Source: an uncultured Gemmatimonadota bacterium
Lineage (GTDB): Bacteria > Gemmatimonadota > Gemmatimonadetes > Gemmatimonadales > Gemmatimonadaceae
Assembly (NCBI GenBank): GCA_902825965.1
Contig: CADEDA010000003.1
Coordinates: forward strand, 157,149 to 221,148
Direction: 5' to 3'
Length of the DNA: 64,000 bases
The translations under genes and the position numbers were made by a program. The notes below the pieces were generated by a model. That model saw nothing but the letters and a program-made list of their open reading frames with translations. It was not told where the DNA came from and made no database searches. The stretch's first letter is position 1, and each line of letters begins with the position of its first letter. Shown here piece after piece: positions 57,095-64,000 of this stretch.

Positions 57095-58481
57095 GCGCTT
57101 CGCCGCATTCTCGGGGCACGTCGGCTTCGCGACGCGCACGGCCCTCGAGGCCGTCGCGCACAACCGCCTGCGGGCCGGCCTCACGTCGCTCGGCATCCTC
57201 TTCGGGGTCGCCTCCGTCATCGCCATGCTCGCCATCGGCAAGGGCGCGGAGTCCGAGATCCTTGAGCAGATGCGGCTCCTCGGCTCCAACAACATCCTCA
57301 TCCGGCCCTACGTTGAACAGGAGGAGGGCAATGCCGACGAGGAGCAAGGGAGCAAGCAGCCGAAGCGGTTCTCGCCCGGGCTGACCTACCTCGACGCGGA
57401 CGCCATCGCGCGGACGGTCCCGGGACTCGACGCGGTGAGCGCCGAGGTGGTGGTGAACTCCAACATCACGCGCGAGGGCCGGCGACGGTCGGGGCGGGTG
57501 GTCGGCGTGGACAGCACGTACTTCCGCCTGCTCAACATGCCGCTCGCCAGCGGCAAGCCGTTCAACGCCGAGCAGATGGCGCAGGGACGGCCCGTGGCGA
57601 TCATCGGCTCGGGGGTGCGCACGCGGTTCTTCACCACCGAGGACCCGATCGGGCGCCCGATCAAGGTGGGCGAGGTGTGGCTCACGGTCGTGGGCGTGCT
57701 GGCGGACCGCCAGGTGGCGGGCGAGAACGCCGAACGCCTGGGCCTGCGCGACGTGGGCATGGATGTGTTCGTGCCGCTGCAGACCATGCTCGGCCGCTTC
57801 CGCAACCGGGCGCAGATCACGCAGCGCGACATCGAGGCGGCCGCGCGCGCGGCGGGGCAGGAGGGTGTCGTGGTCATCGGCGCCGCCTCCGAGCAGCCGT
57901 CGGAGGAGACGAAGCAGGAACGGAGCAACACCAACCAGCTCGACCGCATCGTCGTGCGGGTGAACGAGGCACAACACGTCTCGCAGGCCGCCGACGTCAT
58001 CCGGCGCATGCTCGCGCGGCGGCACAACGGCGTGGTGGACTACGAGATCACCGTGCCGGAACTGCTGCTCAAGCAGGAGCAGCGCACGCGCACGATCTTC
58101 AACGTCGTGCTGGGGGCGATCGCCTCCATCTCGCTCATCGTCGGCGGCATCGGGATCATGAACATCATGCTGGCCAGCATCCTCGAGCGCATCCGCGAGA
58201 TCGGCGTGCGGCGCGCGCTCGGGGCGACGCAGCGCGACATCCTGGCGCAGTTCCTCGCCGAGGCGGTCATGATCAGCGTCGCGGGCGGTGTCGCGGGCAT
58301 CCTCACCGGGGCGGGACTGAGCATCGGGATCGAGAAGTTCGCCGGCATCCGCACGTTGGTGTCGGTGCTGTCCGTGGTGGTCGCGTTCGGCGTCTCGCTG
58401 ACCGTCGGCCTCGTGTTCGGGATCGTGCCGGCGTGGCGCGCGGCGCAACAGGATCCCGTCGTCTGCCTCCGGTACGAGTGA
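57087..58481 (+). CDS. MacB/FtsX-type ABC transporter permease (no ATPase domain)
   Basis: N-terminal TM LTSLGILFGVASVIAMLAIG, a periplasmic MacB_PCD-like region, and a C-terminal FtsX domain (ERIREIGVRRALGATQRDIL.QFL.EA). No Walker motifs. GTG start overlaps the adaptor stop by 8 nt. Confidence 0.85.
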   Translation: MRERFAAFSGHVGFATRTALEAVAHNRLRAGLTSLGILFGVASVIAMLAIGKGAESEILEQMRLLGSNNILIRPYVEQEEGNADEEQGSKQPKRFSPGLTYLDADAIARTVPGLDAVSAEVVVNSNITREGRRRSGRVVGVDSTYFRLLNMPLASGKPFNAEQMAQGRPVAIIGSGVRTRFFTTEDPIGRPIKVGEVWLTVVGVLADRQVAGENAERLGLRDVGMDVFVPLQTMLGRFRNRAQITQRDIEAAARAAGQEGVVVIGAASEQPSEETKQERSNTNQLDRIVVRVNEAQHVSQAADVIRRMLARRHNGVVDYEITVPELLLKQEQRTRTIFNVVLGAIASISLIVGGIGIMNIMLASILERIREIGVRRALGATQRDILAQFLAEAVMISVAGGVAGILTGAGLSIGIEKFAGIRTLVSVLSVVVAFGVSLTVGLVFGIVPAWRAAQQDPVVCLRYE

Positions 58482-59950
58482 TGATGCGACGTTTCCGACT
58501 CGGCGCCATTGGCGTCGCCTTGGCCGCGGGGGTCGCGCCCGTCATGGCCGCCGCGCAGGGCGCGCCCTCGCGGTACACGCTGCAGCAAGCCATCGACCGC
58601 GCGCAGGCGCAGGGGCTCACCGCGCTCGCGGCCAAGGCGACGCGCGACGCGGCGCGGCAGCGGGACCGGGCGTTCGGCGCGGGCCTGCTGCCGCAACTCT
58701 CGCTCTCGGGGCAGGTCCCGACCTACAACCGGTCCATCATCCCCGTGCTGCAGCCGGACGGCACCACGTTGTTCCGCCCGCAGGAGCAGAACGAGTCCTC
58801 GCTCAACATGGTGCTCGCCCAGCGCCTGCCGTACCTCGGCGGCGACCTCACGGTGAGTTCGCAGCTCTCGCGTCTCGACCGGGTGGGCACGACGTCCAGC
58901 CGCACCTGGTCGAGCACGCCGATGAACGTGGGCATCCGGCAGGACCTCTTCCGCCCCAACCGGCTGCGCTGGGACTCGCGCGTGCAGGAACTGCAGGCCG
59001 AGTCGGCGGAGCGGACGTATCGCGAGGCCATGGAGGACGTCGCGATCCAGACGGCGAACACCTTCTTCGACTACTACAGCGCGAAGCTCGGATTGGAGAA
59101 CGCCGTGACCAACGCGGCGGTGAACGACACGCTCTACACGCTCAACAACGGCCGCTTCGAGGTCGGCAAGATCGGCGAGAACGACCTGCTGCAGAGTGAG
59201 CTCGCGCTGCTGCGGGCGCGTGTCGCGCTGGATGGGGCGCGGCTCGAGCACGATCGCACCTTGGCCTCGCTGCGCCTGGCGCTGAACCTGCCGCCGGGGG
59301 CCCCGCTCGAGGTGGTCGTCACCTCCGAGATCCCCGAGGTCGCGGCGGACACGGCCCAGGCGGTCGCACAGGCCCTGCGCAACCGCGCGAACATGGTTGA
59401 GCTGGAACTGCAGGAAGTGAACGCCGACCGGCGCATCTCGGAGTCGCGGTTCGGCACCGGGCCGGGCGCCACGCTGCAGGCATCGATGGGCTTCAACCAG
59501 ACCGGCAGTGAGGTCGACGCCGTCTACCGCGACCTGCGCGAGGCGCAGCGTTTCAGCCTCGCGGTCTCGATGCCCATCGTGCAGTGGGGCGGACGCAGCG
59601 CCAACATCCAGGCCGCGCGGCTCGACGAGCAGCGGGTGCAGCACACCAACCGCCAGACACGCGAGCAGACGGCGCAGGAGGCGCACTTCGCCGCGCTGCA
59701 ACTCGCGCAGGCGCGCCGCTCCCTGGCGATCGCGGCCAAGGCGGACACCGTCGGCGCCAAGCGCTTCGAGGTCGCCAAGAACCGCTACGTGATCGGGCGT
59801 ATCGGGATGGACAACCTCTACCAGGCGCAGAACGAGAAGGACGCGGCCCTGCAGGGCTACCTCGGCGCGCTGCGGAACTACTGGGTGGCGTACTACCGGC
59901 TCCGGCGTGTGACCATGTACGACTTCGCCATCGGGAGCGCCCTCCGCTAG
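58481..59950 (+). CDS. TolC-family outer-membrane efflux protein
   Basis: Signal sequence, then two TolC-type helical repeats (YTLQQAIDRAQAQGL..., LELQEVNADRRISE...). Its start overlaps the permease stop. Confidence 0.85.
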   Translation: MMRRFRLGAIGVALAAGVAPVMAAAQGAPSRYTLQQAIDRAQAQGLTALAAKATRDAARQRDRAFGAGLLPQLSLSGQVPTYNRSIIPVLQPDGTTLFRPQEQNESSLNMVLAQRLPYLGGDLTVSSQLSRLDRVGTTSSRTWSSTPMNVGIRQDLFRPNRLRWDSRVQELQAESAERTYREAMEDVAIQTANTFFDYYSAKLGLENAVTNAAVNDTLYTLNNGRFEVGKIGENDLLQSELALLRARVALDGARLEHDRTLASLRLALNLPPGAPLEVVVTSEIPEVAADTAQAVAQALRNRANMVELELQEVNADRRISESRFGTGPGATLQASMGFNQTGSEVDAVYRDLREAQRFSLAVSMPIVQWGGRSANIQAARLDEQRVQHTNRQTREQTAQEAHFAALQLAQARRSLAIAAKADTVGAKRFEVAKNRYVIGRIGMDNLYQAQNEKDAALQGYLGALRNYWVAYYRLRRVTMYDFAIGSALR

Positions 59951-59993
59951 ACCAGTACTGGCGCGAGGCCGGGGTGCGCCGTCACCTTCCGGC

Positions 59994-60530
59994 GTGCCGC
60001 GCCCCGTCCTGATCCTCTTCGCCCACCCCTCGTACGAGAAATCGCGGGTGCATCGACGGCTCGCCCGGGCCGTCCGCGACCTGCCCGGCGTGACGCTGCA
60101 CGATCTCTACGAGGCGTACCCGGACCACGACATCGACGTCAAGCGCGAACAGGCGCTGCTCGTGGCCCACGAGGTCGTGGTGTTCCAGCACCCGTTCTAT
60201 TGGTACTCGGTGCCGCCGCTGCTGAAGCAGTGGATGGACCTGGTGCTGGAACACGGCTGGGCCTACGGCAGCCACGGCCACGCGCTGCGCGGCAAGGCGC
60301 TGCAGGTCGCGATGACGGCCGGTGGGCGCGACATGGCCTACGGCCCCGAGGGCTTCAACCGCCACACGTTCCGCGAGTTCCTGTTGCCGGTGGAGGCCAC
60401 CGCCCGGCTCTGCGGCATGACCTTCAATGCACCCTGGGTCGTGTCCGGCACCCACGCGATGACCGACGCCGCGATCGCGGAGGCCGCTGACGGGTACGTC
60501 GCGCTCATCCGCCGCCTGGGGGAGGGCTGA
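59994..60530 (+). CDS. kefG: Glutathione-regulated K+-efflux ancillary protein / NAD(P)H quinone oxidoreductase (flavodoxin-like)
   Basis: ILFAHPSYEKS..., LHDLYEAYPDHDIDVKREQALLVAHEVVVFQHPFYWYSVPPLLKQWMD. The choice between the kefF and kefG paralogues is arbitrary. Confidence 0.75.
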   Translation: MPRPVLILFAHPSYEKSRVHRRLARAVRDLPGVTLHDLYEAYPDHDIDVKREQALLVAHEVVVFQHPFYWYSVPPLLKQWMDLVLEHGWAYGSHGHALRGKALQVAMTAGGRDMAYGPEGFNRHTFREFLLPVEATARLCGMTFNAPWVVSGTHAMTDAAIAEAADGYVALIRRLGEG

Positions 60531-60531
60531 G

Positions 60532-62415
60532 ATGCAGGGATTCCTGCTGTCCGCCACGGTGTACCTCGCGGCCGCGGTGGTCGCCGTCCCCATCGCCAAG
60601 CGCTTCGGCCTCGGCTCGGTGCTCGGCTACCTCATCGCGGGCGTGGTGATCGGGCCTTCCGTGCTCGGCTTCGTGGGGGCGGAACGGCAGGACGTCATGC
60701 ACGCGGCGGAGTTCGGCGTGGTGATGATGCTGTTCGTCATCGGGCTCGAGCTCGAGCCCGCCCTGCTGTGGCGACTGCGGGGCGCCCTGCTCGGCCTCGG
60801 CGGCCTGCAGGTGCTCGGCACCACCGTGGCGGCGGGTGGCATCGCGATGGCGCTCGGCCTGCCCTGGTCGCAGGCGCTGGCCGTCGGCCTCATCCTCGCC
60901 CTCTCGTCCACGGCCATCGTCCTGCAGACGCTGCAGGAGAAGGGCTGGATGAAGACGGACGCGGGACAGAAGAGCTTCGCGGTGCTGCTGTTCCAGGACC
61001 TCGCCGTCATCCCCATCCTCGCCGTGCTCCCGCTGCTGGCGGTGACGCCGGACCTCGCGCTGGCCCCTGCCGCTGCCGATCACGCGAGCGGCGCCTCGTG
61101 GGCGGAGCACTTGCCGGGCTGGCAACGTGCGTTGGTCACCCTGGGCGCGGTGGCCCTGCTGGTGGGCGTGGGACGCTCCCTCGTCCCGGCGCTGTTCCGC
61201 GTGATCGCGCGGGCGCGGCTGCGCGAGACCTTCACCGCCGCCGCGCTGCTGCTCGTGATCGGCATCGCCGTGCTGATGCAGCTCGTCGGCCTCTCGCCGG
61301 CGCTCGGCACCTTCCTCGGCGGCGTGGTGCTGGCCACATCCGAGTTCCGCCACGAGCTCGAGAGCGACATCGAGCCCTTCAAGGGCCTGCTGCTCGGCCT
61401 GTTCTTCATCGCGGTGGGGGCGAGCATCGACTTCCTGCTCATCGGGGCGCAGTTCCTCGTCGTGGCAGGACTGGTCGCGGGCCTGCTGGCGGTGAAGGCC
61501 CTGGTGCTCTGGCTGCTGGCGCGCGGTGCACGCATGAGCCACGACCAAGGACTCCTGTTCGCCCTGGCGCTGGCCCAGGGGGGCGAGTTCTGCTTCGTGC
61601 TGCTCTCGTTCGCCGAGCAGAACGCGGTGCTGCCCAGCGCCGTGGGCAAGTTGCTCGTCGCCGCGGTGGCCCTGTCGATGGCCGCGACGCCGCTGCTGCT
61701 GCTCTTCTGGGAGCGGGTGATCGCACCGCGCGCCACGTCGGAGCCGGGGGCCGAACGCGAGATGGACACGCCCGAGGAGGAGCATGCCGTCATCATCGTG
61801 GGTTTCGGCGACTTCGGGTCGAGCGTGGGGCGCCTGCTCAATGCGAGCGGTGTGGAGACGACGGTGCTCGAACTCGACTCCGACCGTGTGGAGGTGCTCC
61901 GTCGCCTCGGGTTGCGCGTCTACTACGGCGACGGCGCCCGCGAGGACGTGATGCGCTCCGCCGGCGCCGAGCGCGCCAAGCTCGTGATCCTCTGTCTCGG
62001 CGACGCGGAGGCCAACCTCGAGCTCGCGCGGAGTATCCGGAAGCACTTCCCGCAGCTCACGATCCTCGCGCGAGCGGCCGGCCGGCTCGCGGCGTACGAG
62101 TTGATCGAGTCCGGTGTCACGCATGTGTACCGGGAGTCCATCGATTCCGCGATGCGCCTCGGGGTGGACGCGCTGCGGTTGCTCGGGCGACGCGGGCATG
62201 CGGCCTGGCGTGCGGCGCAGCACTTCCGGCGGCGCGACGAGGAGAACATGCGGCGTCTCGCCGCGGTGTTCCGCGACCGCGCCACCCATCTGTCCCTCGC
62301 GCGCGAGGCGATCGCCGACCTCGAGGCGTCGATGCGCGCGGACGGGGTGTCCGGCGCCGCGAGCGACGACACGGCCTGGGACGCGGAATCGTTGCGGCGC
62401 GAGTTCGGCGGGTGA
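60532..62415 (+). CDS. kefB: Glutathione-regulated K+/H+ antiporter, CPA2 family with C-terminal TrkA-N/RCK domain
   Basis: Na_H exchanger membrane domain (LGYLIAGVVIGPSVLGF, EFGVVMMLFVIGLEL) plus RCK Rossmann motif VIIVGFGDFGSSVGRLL. The choice between kefB and kefC is arbitrary. Confidence 0.85.
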   Translation: MQGFLLSATVYLAAAVVAVPIAKRFGLGSVLGYLIAGVVIGPSVLGFVGAERQDVMHAAEFGVVMMLFVIGLELEPALLWRLRGALLGLGGLQVLGTTVAAGGIAMALGLPWSQALAVGLILALSSTAIVLQTLQEKGWMKTDAGQKSFAVLLFQDLAVIPILAVLPLLAVTPDLALAPAAADHASGASWAEHLPGWQRALVTLGAVALLVGVGRSLVPALFRVIARARLRETFTAAALLLVIGIAVLMQLVGLSPALGTFLGGVVLATSEFRHELESDIEPFKGLLLGLFFIAVGASIDFLLIGAQFLVVAGLVAGLLAVKALVLWLLARGARMSHDQGLLFALALAQGGEFCFVLLSFAEQNAVLPSAVGKLLVAAVALSMAATPLLLLFWERVIAPRATSEPGAEREMDTPEEEHAVIIVGFGDFGSSVGRLLNASGVETTVLELDSDRVEVLRRLGLRVYYGDGAREDVMRSAGAERAKLVILCLGDAEANLELARSIRKHFPQLTILARAAGRLAAYELIESGVTHVYRESIDSAMRLGVDALRLLGRRGHAAWRAAQHFRRRDEENMRRLAAVFRDRATHLSLAREAIADLEASMRADGVSGAASDDTAWDAESLRREFGG

Positions 62416-62521
62416 ACCGCTCGCGACGTCCCCTGGCGCGTCACCGAGTGGTGACATGACCGCCCTTGCGGGCGGTCGCGGGTGAAGCGACCATCCGGGC
62501 GACCTCCACCTTCGCCTGCGC

Positions 62522-64000
62522 ATGGACCGCCGACACTTCCTCACCGACCTCTCGCGGCTCGCCATCCTCTGCGCCGCGGCGCCGAGCGACTGGCGGCTGA
62601 TCACCCGGCCGCGCTGGGTGGACGACCCCTTCACGCTGGGCGTCGCGTCCGGGGACCCCACGGCCACGGGAGCTGTGTTGTGGACGCGTCTCGCGCCGCG
62701 TCCCTACGAGGTGGACGGTGGCATGCCCGGGCCGCGGACCGCGGTGGACTGGGAGGTGGCCGACGACGAGGCATTCACGAGCATCGTGCGACGCGGTCGC
62801 TACATCGCGGCGCCGGAACTCGGCTACAGTGTGCACGTCGACGTGGAGGGGCTCGCCGCCGACCGCTGGTACTTCTACCGCTTCCGCTCCGGCGAGGCCG
62901 TGAGTCCGGTGGGCCGTGTACGCACCACGCCGCCCGACGGTGCCCAGACGCCGCTGCGGCTGGGCGTCGCGTCCTGCCAGAACTACGAGCAGGGGCTGTT
63001 CACCGCCCTCGACCATCTCGCGCGCGAGCGCTGCGACCTCGTGACGCATCTGGGCGACTACATCTACGAGTACGGTGCGCGCGAGAACGCCGTGCGCCAG
63101 CACCGCACCGTCGAGATCCGCACGCTCGAGCACTACCGCGAGCGGTACGCGCAGTACAAGCTCGACCCGGCGCTGCAGGCGGCCCATCGGATGTGCCCAT
63201 GGCTCGTCACCTGGGACGACCACGAGGTCGACAACAACTACGCGAACGACGTCGGCGAGAACCTCATGGAATCCGCCGACCAGATGCGGATCCGCCGCGC
63301 AGCCGCCTATCAGGCCTGGTGGGAGCATCAACCGGTGCGCGTGCCGCGCGCCCGGTCCTGGGCGGACCTCGACATCCGACGCACCACCAACTGGGGAGCG
63401 CTGGCGCGCTTCTGGATGCTCGACACGCGGCAATACCGCGACGACCAGACCTGCGGCGACGGGTCCAAGGTCGTCCCCTGCGGCGACTGGGACAACCCCG
63501 CGCGTTCCATCCTCGGGATGCAGCAGGAGGAGTGGTTGATCGACGGACTCGGGGCTTCGGCCTCACGCTGGCAGGTGCTCGGGCAGCAGATCCCCGTGTC
63601 GCCGTACGATGATCTCGCGGGTCCGGAGCGGCGGCTCTACATGGACGGATGGGCGGGGTATCCGCACGGTCGCGACCGGGTGCTCAAGGCCGTCGCCGAG
63701 CGCAGTGCGAACCGCACCGTGGTGCTCACCGGCGACGTGCACTCCAACTGGGTGCACGAGGTGCATGCCGGCTTCGACCGTCCGGACCGTCCGGTGGTGG
63801 CGGCGGAGTTCGTGGGCACCTCCATCGCCTCCGGCGGCGATGGCGAGGATCAGTGGCGGCAGGTCCCCGAGTCGATGCGGGACAATCCCCACACCAAGTG
63901 GCACACGGCCCGTCGCGGCTACATGGTGTGCGATGTGACGGATGCGAGCTGGACGACGACGTACCGCGAGGTGCCGTTCGTGACCCGCCCGGACGCGCCG
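62522..64000 (+). CDS. phoD: Alkaline phosphatase D (PhoD-family), Tat-exported, 3'-truncated at the window edge
   Basis: My own translation of a frame absent from the track, because there is no stop in the window. MDRRHFLTDLSRLAILCAAAP (Tat signal), FTLGVASGDPT..AVLWTRL, YFYRFRSG, GVASCQNYE.G.F, HLGDYIYEY, WDDHEVDNNYA. Confidence 0.85.
   Translation, partial: MDRRHFLTDLSRLAILCAAAPSDWRLITRPRWVDDPFTLGVASGDPTATGAVLWTRLAPRPYEVDGGMPGPRTAVDWEVADDEAFTSIVRRGRYIAAPELGYSVHVDVEGLAADRWYFYRFRSGEAVSPVGRVRTTPPDGAQTPLRLGVASCQNYEQGLFTALDHLARERCDLVTHLGDYIYEYGARENAVRQHRTVEIRTLEHYRERYAQYKLDPALQAAHRMCPWLVTWDDHEVDNNYANDVGENLMESADQMRIRRAAAYQAWWEHQPVRVPRARSWADLDIRRTTNWGALARFWMLDTRQYRDDQTCGDGSKVVPCGDWDNPARSILGMQQEEWLIDGLGASASRWQVLGQQIPVSPYDDLAGPERRLYMDGWAGYPHGRDRVLKAVAERSANRTVVLTGDVHSNWVHEVHAGFDRPDRPVVAAEFVGTSIASGGDGEDQWRQVPESMRDNPHTKWHTARRGYMVCDVTDASWTTTYREVPFVTRPDAP

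Overview
This is a high-GC window, roughly 70% G+C by eye with a strong GC3 bias, from a diderm bacterium. TonB-dependent receptor, TolC-like, Tat and type IV pilin genes all point to a diderm. The taxon cannot be proven from the sequence; the style resembles Gemmatimonadota or a similar group, but that is only a guess. Most long ORFs in the six-frame track are GC-driven shadow frames, and I kept about 50 genes.

Content in order:
- The 3' 6 kb of a giant repeat surface protein.
- A metX-hom-metZ methionine operon behind a promoter, structured leader and attenuator.
- Secreted hydrolases and peptidases.
- A phenylacetate (paa) catabolon split into three blocks (crotonase/paaABCD, paaGHIJ, paaYZ). 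It is interleaved with three orphan hybrid histidine kinases, a MATE pump and a fused E1 alpha-beta dehydrogenase. No paaE, paaK or paaX/paaR is visible.
- An M19 dipeptidase, a Tat-Rieske pair and a large LTD/Big/NUC/PKD extracellular nuclease.
- A TonB-dependent receptor.
- A PqqD (RRE-type) - HPr-kinase-like - NTP_transf_5 cassette, followed by a minor-pilin operon (fimT/pilV/pilW/pilX-like).
- A DUF4953-type Zn protease, a MacA/MacB-permease/TolC efflux set with no ATPase, kefG/kefB-like genes, and a 3'-truncated PhoD.

The most interesting locus is 46.1-48.8 kb. The PqqD/HprK-like/nucleotidyltransferase cassette has no lasso cyclase, leader protease or exporter. It sits next to an unlisted 54-codon gene (47226-47390, minus strand) that encodes a twin-arginine signal peptide fused to only about 12 acidic, Ser-containing residues. 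I propose this gene as a candidate modified-peptide substrate whose leader is a Tat signal.

I found no rRNA, tRNA, CRISPR array, transposase or integrase.
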